DNA of 64,000 bases from Gnetum montanum. Its lineage: Eukaryota; Plantae; Gnetophyta. The notes under the pieces were generated by a model that ran no database searches, had not been told where the DNA came from, and worked only from the letters and a program-made list of their open reading frames with translations. Location of the stretch: contig MNCI01001903.1 of NCBI GenBank assembly GCA_015680685.1, positions 571,298 through 635,297 of the forward strand. The letters run 5' to 3'. Positions 51,635 to 64,000 of this stretch are shown here, piece by piece. The position numbers and the translations under genes are program-made. Within the stretch, counting starts at the first letter, position 1; the number at the start of each line of letters is the position of its first letter.

Positions 51635-51635
51635 T

Positions 51636-51653
51636 TGGCGCCGTTTTCGGGGA
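51636..51653 (+). promoter_or_regulatory. PBS, Athila-type (tRNA-Asp-like)
   Basis: TGGCGCCGTTTTCGGGGA versus the Athila-type TGGCGCCGTTGCCGGGGA. Confidence 0.85.
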
Positions 51654-51775
51654 TTAAGTGTTTGTGTGCTAAGTAGAACATAGGAGATCACTCACAGCGT
51701 TGGGAGCTTAAAGAAACCTTAGGGTTAATTAAAAGAAAAATTATATACCGTTAAATAGCACACTGATAAGACACA

Positions 51776-54700
51776 ATGTTTTCTTCTTCTTCTCACAAGA
51801 GCATTACACCACCAAGGGATAATACGAGAAACAGTCGGCAGTCTAAAACACATAACCAAAATCAACTAGTGCCTCAACAATATAGGGTGGTATATACTCA
51901 TCCTGATGAGTATATACCCAATTTTACTTTTATCCTCCATTAGGATGAACAAATACACTGGAGAGACTTGCAAGGTAACATAGTGTTACCTCCAAATCAT
52001 GCAGTCCCCAACATGCTCCTCTGTGCTTTGGCATAGATTGGCATGACTCAGCTCTATGCTGAATACGTTATAGGTGATTTTGACATAAGGGATTACCATC
52101 CCACAAAAGTACAACATCTAAGGGACTCAAGGCAGGAGAGCCACCATACACTGTTGAAGGGCAAAGAAGTCCTACATGTCCTAAGTGAAATTGGAGATGG
52201 TGAATCACTTATAACGGGTTCTCCATCAAATGATGTTTCCCCTCCTAACGAAAGTGAGGTGGGGTATCAGAACCTACGCTCCACGATACACAACCCTGGT
52301 TCTGTTCCTTGTGAACTCCAACTATTCACTGAGGGAACAACAACACATGACAAGGACAGGCACTCAGATCATCATCATGATCGAGACCGAGGCCACAGAA
52401 GAGAAGGTAGGAAACATCATCATGGAGATGGTTCTCCTTCTTCTTTCCCTTCTTCACATCATTCACCCTTCCCTTCCACATCAGGGGTGTAGCCATAGAG
52501 AGCATAACGGTGAGGATAGAGGTAGACAAAATGAGAGACCTTAACAAGAAAGTCGAGAGAGAGGACAAGGGCATGAAAAAAGGGAAAGTAGGGAACAATG
52601 TAGACATCATAGATGTCATGAAAGAGATGATCATGAAGAACCCCTACTAGCCACCTAAAGCATGCTAGATATAATGAAGGCAGTGATAATACCAACAAGG
52701 CATCAAAAAGATAGTTCAATCAAGAGATTGGATATGAACAATATCCCACGCTTCGAAGGGGGATATAACGTGAATCCGCAAAATATTTTATAGGCATTCG
52801 ATGATGCCTGTCCCTTGAAAAACATAGAAAACGAGTGGCAGAAACTAAAGTTATTTCCCAGGACACTCATAAAGGAAGCAGAGAGTTGGTACCGGTCCTT
52901 AGAATTGGAAACCATTAGGAGGTGAAGTACGATGTTAGAACTCTTCGCCGATAAATATCAAACGTACTCCAGAGTGTCTAATTTGCATAAGCAGATCCAA
53001 GGATGGAAACAAGGTAATCATGAATACTTGGATGCTACCATGGACCACTACTATGCATTGTTACATCGTTGCCTGGGCCATGGTTACGCACAACAGGATC
53101 AACTTCGCCATCTTGTAGATGGGCTAAGGTATGAAACTAGGAGAACCCTTGGGACTGATGCCCAAGGGAGACTATCAGAACTTAGATCCCATGAAATTCA
53201 TTGCTTTTTGAAATAAGTAGCCAAAGAAGAAGGGGAGCTACAAAAAAGAGAAAGCACGAAGGAATATAACCGTGATCCTTCCCTCCGAAAGAGGGGAGTG
53301 AGGTTCTGCGATGAAGAGGATGAGTCACCACTCGAAGAGTTGGTGAATAGGAAAACCTTGCTGCTTTAAAAGCTAACAACGGAGGTGGCGACTAAGGTAG
53401 ATCAAATACAGGACTCCTTGGATAGTAGATTTGAACTTGTCCTAAAGATTGTAGAGGAGTCTAAGGAGGAACGAAGTAGTAACAAGAATAAGACAAAGCG
53501 GAGAGATTCAGGCCCTGCACGTGACAAGGGGAAGGGGAAACTAACTATCTCTGATGAGGTTGTGGATTCGGACATAGATAATGATGGTGGATGTGAGATC
53601 TACCAATATGACCATCCTAAGGGATGTTGTCGAACATCTCACATCTACAAGAGTCTAGGGTGTATGCACTCAAACCGAGACTTAACCAACAGCAAGCACC
53701 CCATCAGTTACCTTATCCCCAAGGTAACCCAAGGTAGTTCCACCAACTGTTACTGTACTATCCAAGTGGAACTCCACCATAACCAATTGAACAAAATTAG
53801 CAGTGGCAATACCCATAGTCATGGGGGATGCCACCACCAAAACAACAGTACCCTTACGACAACTAGATCCATATGGATACCACGTGTAGTAGCCGATTTC
53901 TCCAAGTGACTCCATGGGTCACACAACTCCCCAATGTCACTACCAAGTTCGAGAGTTCTTTAGAAGGAATCCTTCTCCTCTGAGAGATGCTCCACACCCA
54001 TACCATCCTCCTAATCCATCCGCACCTCTTCCACCGGTAGTTCCCTTACCTCCTGGTCCAACAATGTAAGGGGAATTCCCCACTCAACCGCAGCAACGTA
54101 ACACTACAAGAGCCGTAACCATTTAACTCGCTGTTGGTTCTGACAACCGCAAAAAGAGAAGACCTTTCTTCAGAACCAAAATCCCAGACAAGCTCTCACA
54201 ACCACAAGCGGTTGAGTCTGCAACACTCCTCCAACATACAAGGCTTCGGAGCACCCTTTAGTCCAATAACAGAGCTTAACGCATATGGTTATGTTAACAC
54301 ATACTGTAACCAATTGGATCAAGGTAGGCCACCTTCCTAGGAAATTATCTGACCCTGGAAGTCCCTTAATCTACCTCCAAGTTGTCGGGAATGAACCACA
54401 TAAGGCTCTTCTTGACTCAGGTTCCGGAGTCAACTTAATCTCACAAGAAATATATCGAGCCTGGAACCTGCCCTAACTCAAGAAAAGAAACATTCAACTA
54501 GAGCTAGCTGACCAGTCCATCACCATTCCCTTGGGATTGTTGAGGACATCGTTACCACTGTGTGTGGTTGGTCATACCCAGCTGATTTCCTTGTGATAGA
54601 AGTCAACAGTAACAACGGGGGCTTCCCAATTATAATGGGAAGGCCATGGCTGAGTACAATAGATGCGTACCTAGGGATCTGCGATCTTTTCTTGGACATA

Positions 54701-54990
54701 TCTAAGGTGAATATTTATGGAAAGATCAAGAAGAAGAAAGTTCCATGCATCACATATAGTAACTCAGAGGGTGATGACATGGAGGAATGCTCAGCATCTT
54801 TTCCATGCAACTGGTGTGCCCAAGAAACACAGATACAAAGGTGCCTATATATAGCAACCACATAAGTAGTGGATACCTCATGGTTGACAGCTACTAGAAA
54901 GAGCAACCCATCAACATGCATGGAATGAACTGGGGGAATAACTCATGCCAACAATGAAGGCATAGATACATTGGAATATGAGCGTTGTCG
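51776..54990 (+). pseudogene. Element D gag-protease with N-terminal extension
   Basis: LKLFPRTLIKEAESWYRSLE; QIQGWKQGNHEYLD; LSDPGSP; ALLDSGSGVNLI; PADFLVI..PIIMGRPWLST. Confidence 0.85.
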
Positions 54991-55589
54991 ACTTCCACCC
55001 CTTAATCTCTTTTTCTCCATATTTCTTGTTCTTTTTCTTTCTCCATTCTCTCACTACCAGAGGTTCTCTCTTAGTCATGGGGGTCCAAATCTAAATTTTT
55101 TTCGATTTTCTCCTAACCCCTACACCTTCGGTAGTCACCACTATGATATCTCCAGATCCATATGAGCAAGGTATCAATTACATTATGATTCATTTACCCT
55201 TGCTAATATAAGACTGTGTTGTGTGTGCAGATGGCAAACATACAACAACGGAGTGGATCTGGAGGGAACACTTGATATGGATCAACGTTGAAGCAACTAT
55301 GAAAAGAACGAGATCGATGGTGCACTTACGGATGGACAACGAAAGGCGCAATCTTGGCGTTGGCAGCAGCAAAACTTCTTTCTCTCTCTCTTTCTCAGCT
55401 ACCAAATGAGGCTTGATGTCAAATTTATAAAGTGTTCACTCTTGTTGTCGTGAACACTAGTTTTGTTTTGTCCTGTAATGATGATCCGTTCACATGTCAT
55501 CCCATTAGTTCCATTCAATCAACAATCCCATATCTTCCCAATATTTTGTAAGGAACTCGAGGATGAGTTTTTATTTAGTCATGGGGGTA

Positions 55590-56403
55590 TGATGGGACAC
55601 AATATCGCATGGGCCACGATATCGCATCCCACGCGATATTGCGTCTTCCCCCACGATATCACGGTCCGTCGCCAAATCTATAAATAAGAGGCTTCTCTCC
55701 CTTGTTTCTCATCCTAGGCTTAGACCGTAGCGAAACTCTGATAGTTTGATCCCTTCAAAGATAGAATATTTTCCATGTGCCCATAGTAGGAGCTCCAAAG
55801 TGAATGGATCTTTATTCGAGCAAATATTGTACCTGAACACATGTTTGTGTATGGCAATAAAGATGAACTTCTTGGATAAACATTGCAGTGCATGGAATAG
55901 GCTAAATAGGATTTTATTTACTGTTATTTACTGTTTACCATTTAAATGCTTTATTAGTCATTAAATCTTCCTCAACTTCTCTCCTAGTTAAGTGCCTCAG
56001 TATGACTGCTTCGAGCACGTGTGTTACACTTGGTGATCCTAGCAACGATTAGCATTTGGTAACCAAGGTTGCATTTGGTTCAGGGTGTGAATGGTAAGTG
56101 GGAACGGATGCTGATGCTAGGTTAATTTAGACTTAGTTAGTTAGTTAAAGTTAGTAATTAGTCTCTTCACCCTTCACCTTATCAGCATAGGAGATAAAAA
56201 TTGAAAAGACATAAAAATCATATACCTCAGACTTACTTAACCATACAATCGTGACACTACAAGTAAGTCTAGGAAGACAATGAATAATTAATCTTAAGTG
56301 TTCCATGAGGCATGTAGGCACTTAGTCTACGGAGTTTGACTGGATCGTGCATGCTACGCTCATATTCATATGGTTGAGTGTAGGGGTACCTTGCCATTCA
56401 TCA
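55590..56403 (+). repeat. 3' LTR of element D
   Basis: Matches the 5' LTR; preceded by the PPT. Confidence 0.95.
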
Positions 56404-58002
56404 CTTATCTATGAAATATGAGGTACAACCATACTTAGTAACTAGAACATTCATGACAACTACCTTTATCAAGGGAAGGGAATTATGATGTTTCCATAAT
56501 CTTGCAATTTATTCCTAAGTTTTTAAACTTAAAATTCTAAATTCTTAACTTAATAATAAGTTAAGGTAATGGATATGTTGTTTCTATTCTTATTAATTAG
56601 TTATGTCAAAATAACATTTTTTCTTTGTTCACATAAATAAAAGACCATAGTTATAGATAGCCTAACAATTAGCCAACCTTGACCAATGATTGACTATTCT
56701 ATACTATAGTATAATATATTATACAATTGTATTATTTGATACCCTAATTGAATAAATTATCATTTTTATTTTAATCCCAAATTGCTAGGATTTTAGTTGA
56801 GATTAGAAAAGGTGAAAGGATGATAATTTCTTCAATAAGTGCATGGTTTTTCTCTAAGAACTTTAGTTTCCTTACACAATAGAAATAAAATTCTTTAAAT
56901 GAAATTAAAATTATAAGATAAGAAATAACTAAAATAATTCACTAAAAAGACAATATCAAATTAAATTTTACATCATCAAATCATTAGATAAGTGAGTTGG
57001 CACCTAGATAATGACATGATTCTTAATAAACTAAGTAATGTTGAGAAACTTCCAACATTTATTTAAACATCTTCATTATAATCATCTAGAAAATCATGAT
57101 GGTGTAAGCTCGAGATCAAGTTAGGGATTGACCATTAGGGTATTGCGTCTCAAATCGCTAAAACTTGAAATAGGATAATCCTAGAGATTATTAGTCAAGA
57201 TCCTAATGCAAAGAAAACCTTGTGAGGTTGTGGTCCTCATTCATATTAGGCCTCATTCAAGTAATTTAATAAGCTACCTACCTTTTTAATCCATTTATAC
57301 CTATAGAAAAAAGAAATGACCACAAACCAACAATGACCTAAGGTATTAGCAAGAATCAATGAGAAACTTCCTATACCTTTAGATTTAGAAGGGAAAAGTG
57401 AAAAAGGAGACATCTCTAGTTATAGTTGGCATAGGAAGGTGCAATGATTAGAGTCCTTTTAAAAATACACAAAAATTACAAATCACTATCCTTTATAAGG
57501 CCAATGATTCCAAGCAACCAATAATGCCAACTTAACACCCAGTAAAGCATTGCTAGATGTGGTTGTGGCGAGGTCAACTAGTGATCACTAATCTTTGGGA
57601 TGTAAGGAAAAGAATTTCATTGACTGTTGCTAATCCTAAGTTAACTAATGATCAAAAATTTTACAAATAAATGAAAATAAAAATGATGTAGATAGAGCCA
57701 CAACAAACACTAATTTGAGGAAATGATTGAAGATGAGGCTATGTCTCTCACACATGATAAGAACTAAAAGCATAAGCTATAAGAACCATCATGCATAGGA
57801 ACTCAAAAGTTATGGAGTTTTGGTATATTTTTCCACCAATTTTTCCTCTTGAATAAGATGTTTTAAGTAATGATGATGTTGAAAACTCACAACAATTATG
57901 GGCTAGTAGGTACTTAAGTCATTTTAGCATTGTTTCACCAAAAGAAGAACACACAAAATAATGTCTAGATCAAGGAAGGGTAATCATCAAATACATGCTT
58001 AT

Positions 58003-61000
58003 TGATGAAACATGTTTATTGTTGGCCTCGATGTTGGGTATGTGATGTCGCATACATGACGTTGGGGTCTTGATGCAATGTCATGTAAGTGATATCAAAG
58101 CATCTACCTTGGGTCCATAAATATTGTGCCTGGGCTCCCGTTTTGAGTCAGTTTTCAATTTAGCTTTCAAGAAGAGTAGCGAAGCTCTTGTCATTTATTT
58201 TTCTCAGAGTTAGAATATTTTCTGAGTGCTCGTAGAAGGAGTCTAAGTGTGTACAGTTCTTTATTCGAGCATTGATGTACCTAAGTGCAGTAGTGTAACA
58301 AGAATAAAATAAGCTCTTTTGACAATCCTTATAACACTAAGAATAGATTAATATGTTCTTTAATGCATTTTACTCTATTCCTTTAATGCATTTGATCAAG
58401 CAATTTATTTCAAGTAGTTAATGAACATGAGCATGACCACTTCAAGCATTCATATAGAACTTGGTAACCCAACAATGCTTAACATTTGGTAGCCTAGCAA
58501 TGCTATATGTGTTCAAGAAAGTGGGGTGGTTACTTGTGTTAGGCTAGCTAGGCAATAGACATTAGTTTTCAATCTACTCTACCTTTATTCTTGTTGTAGG
58601 TAATTACATCCATAAAATATAAAATGACAAAAGTTCATATACCTCAATTACACTTAAACCATACCCTTGATCCTCACAACTGTAGTTGGGAAGACAATGA
58701 ATGTTCTCAATGTCATTTCACTTCTTAGAGAAACTAGTGTACGAGACAACTATAGGTCCACAAAATTTGATTAGATTGCACGTAACGCCTTAGTGATTCA
58801 TATGGTTGGATGTAGGGGTACCTTGCTACTCATCATTGGCATCATTTTCGGGGACCCCTTTTTTGTTTTGTGTGCTATCTAAGACCTATTAAAAGTATTT
58901 AAATTGTTGGAATAAACGTGAGAGTCATATCTTATTTCATAGTTACTATAATAAATTCTCAAAGCACATTGTGATTTTTATTTTGCTAACCAAAAATGTC
59001 TTCTTCTCACAAGAGCACTTCTCCACCCAAGGCTAATAATGTTCATTCGAAAAAGCCTCAACAATACCATATTATCTATACTCACCCCAATAAGTATGTA
59101 CCAAACATCACCTTCATCCTACACCAGGATGAACAATTGTGGTGTCATGACATGGACGGCAACATTGTATTTCCGCCTAATCGTGTTGCTCCTACAATGC
59201 TCTATAAAATTCTTACATGATGTCGTCTTCAAGACTACCATGGGGAGTATAATGTCGAATATGTCGATGCCAGGGATTATCATCCCACCAAAGCACAACA
59301 CCTATGGGATCGGCAACTAGAACAACACTATGAGTTTTCGAAGGGAAAAGGGCTTGACAATCCTCCATTCCTATTATACCAACAAGCTAGTGGAGAATCC
59401 TTCTATGGGGGTTTTCCATACAATGACGATCCTCTCTTTAACTTTGGTAGTGGAGGCCAAAACTAGAATTTGCACTCCACGGTTCACAATCCTGATTCTA
59501 GTAATTAGGGATCCAATGACAACAAAGGATCTAGAAGGGCAAGTCAAGATAGGGATCCAAAGAAAAAGCAAGACTGTGACCATGGTTGCAATCATTGAAG
59601 AGGTAGTAGTAGGCACCGTGATGATGCTGGTTCTCCTTCCTCTTTCCCTTCGTCTTCTTCTTCTTGTTGTTCTTTTGGCTCCAATCGTGACCACAGAAGT
59701 TGAGATCATGATGGAGGTGATCAAAATGAGCACAATGCTTGATGGAACCATAATAATCAAGGGGACCATTGAGACAGGCAAGATCAAGGATGTAGACCTT
59801 CAAGAGAGGTACATCACCATGAATAAAGGGATAGTAGAGGGCATCATACGTACCATGATCAAGGCCTTAATGAGCCTCTATTTGCTACCCAAAGTATGCT
59901 TAACATCATAGAGGCAATTAGAATCCAAATAGGGCATATGAAAGATAGTCAAATCAAATGGTTAGNCCAAATAGGGCATATGAAAGATAGTCAAATCAAA
60001 TGGTTAGACATGAACAATATTCCTCAATTTGAAGGGGGATATAACTCTGATCCATAAAATCATCTTCAAGCTTTCCAAGATGCATGTGCCTTGCAAAACA
60101 TAGAGAACAAGTGGCAGAAATTGAAGTTGTCCCCAAGGACAGTCATCAAACAAGCAGAGAACTGGTACTGGTCCTTAGAAGCAGAATCTATCAGATGATG
60201 GAGTACCATGCTCCAACTATTTAATGATAAGTATCAAATGTACTCCATAATGTCCAACTTAAGGAAGCAAATTCAAGGGTAAAAACAAGGAACACACAAA
60301 CCCTTAGATGTCACCATTGGCTAATATTATGCCTTGATGCACAAATGCCTTGGCCATGGTTATTCTCAATTGGCTTAACTTCACCACATTGTAGATGGGC
60401 TTTGTAATGAAACAAGGAAAACCCTTAGTGTCTATGCCCAAGGGTGATTTTCAAAACTAATTGCCTATCAGGTACAAAGGCTAATAGAGTAGGTTGTCAA
60501 AGAGAAGTGAAAATTAAGAAAAAGAGAAAGTGCAGAGAAGTACACCTATGATCCTTCCATCTGCAAGAGGGAGGCTTGATTCTACAAAATTAAGGACGAA
60601 TCCATATTTGATGAGGGGATGCATAAAAAAGCCTTACCACTTCAACAATTCCAATCTAAGCTTACGGCCAAGGTTGATCAGTTAAGTGACTCCATAGATA
60701 GTAGATTTCAAGCTATCCTTAAAATCGTTGAAGAGTCCACAGAACAAGGTAGTGACTGTGAGTGTAGGAGGTGCAAAGAAGTTGAACGTGTACAATACAA
60801 AGGTAAGGGAAAAATTTTTCTAGTAGAAGAGGTTGCGAACAATGAATCAGATGATGATCATGGATGTGATGTTTGCGAGTATGAACATCCTAAGGGATGT
60901 TTCCTAGTTGTGTCACATTTTCAAGAGTCTGGGGTGTATGCTTTACATCCAAGACTTACACAAAGGAAAACATCCAAAATATTACCTTATCCTCAAGGAA

Positions 61001-63689
61001 ATCTCAGGCAGTTCCACCAGAAACTACCATATTATCCAAATAGAGCTTCACCATAACTGTATGAACAATACTAACAATGGTAGAAACCATAATCATGAGC
61101 GCTTGCACTGCCAAGGCAACAATACCCTTGTTAGTAGCTTGATCCATATGGTTACCATGTGTAGCAACACATGTCTCCACGTGATCCTTCTAGTCACATT
61201 TCTAATATTTGACCTTACTACCATCCTTTTGATTATTATCAAACCCCTTCTGCACATGAAAGAAGGGATGCCACCTCCTATCCTTACCCTCCTTTTGCCC
61301 CTACACACACTCCTCCTCTAGTTGCATAGCTATCACCTACTTCTCCTATGTAGGGTGAACTGCTAGCTCAACCATAACAATGCAATGCTACGAGGGTCAT
61401 TAATCTACAACCAAATCATCAATCAGAGGGGTCGAATTCCTGATCAAAGTAAAGACCTTTTCTTCAACCCCACAGTCCACATAAGTCCTCACCTACACTG
61501 GCAATTGAAAACCCTGCTCCTGCCTCTTCCTCCATATCAAATTCCTTTGGGCCTCCTTCAAACCAAACTCTACCAAGGATCCATACTGTAATGCTCACTT
61601 ATACTATGTCTGATTGTATCCATGTGGAAATCAGTTGATCCTGGAAGTCCTCTTATCTATTTGTAGATTGCTGGGAATGAATCGTAAAAAGCTCTTCTTG
61701 ATTTAAGTTCTGGTGTTAATATGATTTTTCATGAGATATACACTGCCTAGAACCTACCTCCTCTTAAGAAGAGCAACATATGACTATAATTGGTAGACCA
61801 ATCCATTACTATTACATTGGGACTAGTAGAAGACATTATGATCACTATCTATGGGTGGTCTTATCGTACTAACTACTTGGTAATCAAAGTGGAGGACTAC
61901 AAAGGGGACTTCCCAATCATTATGGGCAAGGCATGGCTAAGCATTGTTGATGCAAGAATGGGCATCAAAGATCTTTCCTTGGAAATCTCTAAAGAAAATG
62001 CATTTGAAAAGTTCAAGAAGAAGGGACTTCCATGCATTGTGCACAGTGATAGAGGGTGCAATTGTGTGTAGAAACTTTGGGCCATAAAGAAAGCATCTAT
62101 TTATGCATGTAAACAGTATGTGCTAGAAGCAAAAATTCAAAGGTGTCTGTATGCAACAATCACAAAATAGGAGGGCACCCAATGGCTAATCACTAATTCA
62201 AGAAGTAGCACACTTTGCATGGAACCAACTGAGAGCTTATCATGTGAGTATGTCATGAGCATGGATGAACTTGAGTAACTTCATCACCAACTCTCTGAAG
62301 ATACAAATGATGATACCCACTGGGGAGAGTTAGAAATTCTTGATAAATTTAAGCAAGAGCCCATTGAACTGAAAACATTACCAGCTGGGATGGAATATGT
62401 ATTTTTGAAAAATAAGAAGCTGGTTATAATCAATGCAAGACTTACTCCAAAACAAAAAGAGATGTTGTTGAAGGTAGTTGAAAGATGGTTAGCATCTTTT
62501 GCTTGGTCATATCTTAAACTCACAAGGATTGATCCTAGGATATGCCAGCATCACATTTACACCAACCTGACCATGAAGCCAAAATGACAACCATAGAGGT
62601 GGTTGAACTCCAAATTAAAGAAAATTATCAAAGAGGAAATTGAACAACTCCTCAAGACAAGGTTTATTTATCCCACTGTCGATAGTGAGTGGATTAGCTT
62701 GCTTGTAAGTGTGCCAAAGAAAGATGGAAAGTGGTAAGTCTACATTGATTTCAGGCTACTGAATATGACAACATTCAAGGATCATTTTCTATTGCCATTT
62801 GTTGACCAAGTGCTCGACACAATATTAGGGCATTGCTACTACAGCTTCCTAAATGGTTAACGTGGCTATAACTAAATTCAAATGCACTAGAGGACCAAGC
62901 AAAGACAACGTTCATGAGTCCTTAGGGAACTTTTACATATCCTAAGATGTCGTTTGGTCTATGCAATGCTCCTGCCACATTTCAATGCTTGGTACTAAGC
63001 ATCTTTCAATAGCAGAATGGTAATGGTGTGGAAGTCTTCATGGATGAATTCTCCACCTAGGGAGCTACATTTGAGCAAGCCCTGGACTGCCTTGAGCAAG
63101 TGCTAAAACGGTGTGTTGAAACCAACTTATGGCTTAATTTGTAAAAAAGTCACCTCATAATCTAGGAGGGCGTTGTACTAGGGCATAAACTCTTGCAAGC
63201 AAGAATTGAGGTGGACCTTAGAAAAATAAGGGTCATCTAAGGAATACCCTACTAGCTAGAAATAGTTAGAGATGTTTGGTCATTCCTTGGACACACTAGC
63301 TACTATTGACGATTCATAGAGAATTTCTCTAAGGTGACAAAACTGTTGGTCAAGCTAACAAAGAAAGATGCTCCTTGTTTTGGACCCTAGAATGTGAAAA
63401 AGCATTCCAGCAACTAAAAGAAAGGCTTGTAGAAACTCCAATTCTACAAGCACCTAACTGGTCTAGACCATTTCATATCATGATAGATGCATTGAATTAT
63501 GCCTTGGGAGCTATGTTGATGTAATTAGATGATAAGAAACATCCATACTACATCCACTTGACTAGTCGAAGCATTGTGGGTGCACAATTGAATTACACCA
63601 CCATAGAAAAAGAATTGATGATTGTGGTGTTTTCTTTAGAAAAATTTAGGCACTATGTGCTTGGATATAAGGTGTTTGTGCACACTAAC
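58003..63689 (+). mobile_element. Athila-like element E (relative of D): LTR 58003-58835, PBS, gag, PR, RT, RH; interrupted at 63690
   Basis: TGATG...CATCA LTR; PBS TGGCATCATTTTCGGGGA at 58837; gag/PR homologous to D; VPKKDGKW, KDHFLLPFVDQ, FGLCNAPATFQ, VFMDE, NYTTIEKELMIVVFSLEKFRHYVLG. Confidence 0.9.
62380..63689 (+). pseudogene. RT and RNase H of element E
   Basis: Motifs as above, with multiple stops. Confidence 0.9.
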
Positions 63690-64000
63690 TGTTGGCACAT
63701 TTTTACCATTTCATGGAACAGGTGGACTTATTTGCAAATGGTGAGGTACAGAATCCTAATGAACTGAAACTGTTCAAGGAGGATTATGTTCTTTCTTGTA
63801 AAGAATTCTGCAACAGTTAATTAACCATGAAGTTGGAATAGAAATGAAAATGTTGCTGAATTGAATGTTTTGAAAATCAAGGGATAATGACATTGCAATT
63901 GGGAATGTTGGCATGAGGGTTTATCTAGAGTCAAAAGAAAATGGTGTATCAATTGTAGATATCTCTCTAGCTTATGATAGAGTAGCTCTAGTTACTTTTT
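63690..64000. mobile_element. Probable LTR end of another element inserted in the RNase H of E
   Basis: RH homology stops at VHTN, then TGTTGGCA begins non-coding sequence. Confidence 0.55.

Larger units (their letters stand above)
50816..56403 (+). mobile_element. Complete non-autonomous Athila-like LTR element D (gag + protease, no RT/RH/INT)
   Basis: LTRs 50816-51634 and 55590-56403 with TGATG...CATCA ends; TSD CTTAT (50811-50815, 56404-56408); PBS; PPT ATGGGGGTA. Confidence 0.95.

Noticed and set aside
59926-60008. Exact 41-bp duplication around N 59967
   Set aside because: Same assembly artefact

Overview
AT-rich, heavily decayed plant heterochromatin-like DNA made almost entirely of nested retroelements, with four N-gaps and no intact host gene. 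Components: three Tat/Ogre-type Ty3/gypsy pieces (1-5767 minus; an LTR+PBS at about 7870-10661; a giant minus element inferred from 42056 to 15028 with gag-PR, RT-RH-aRH-INT and a solo LTR with an ATGGT target-site duplication [TSD] inside its integrase); two oppositely oriented chromovirus INT-chromodomain-LTR ends; a GC-rich L1 LINE with a 16-bp TSD and poly(A) that carries an extra third ORF; a complete non-autonomous Athila-like element (CTTAT TSD); and its pol-bearing relative. The most striking item is a 1.3-kb non-coding element (13740-15030) whose two direct repeats, 849 nt apart, each hold a degenerate minimal type I hammerhead ribozyme on the minus strand, i.e. a retrozyme/Penelope-pLTR-like unit. 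Also notable are a ~190-bp-periodic array of GACTACGCT palindromes next to an antisense spliced gene between PR and RT of the giant element, and the same 'putative plant transposon protein'-like domain in three unrelated TE contexts. All calls come from motif reading by eye; no database search was run.
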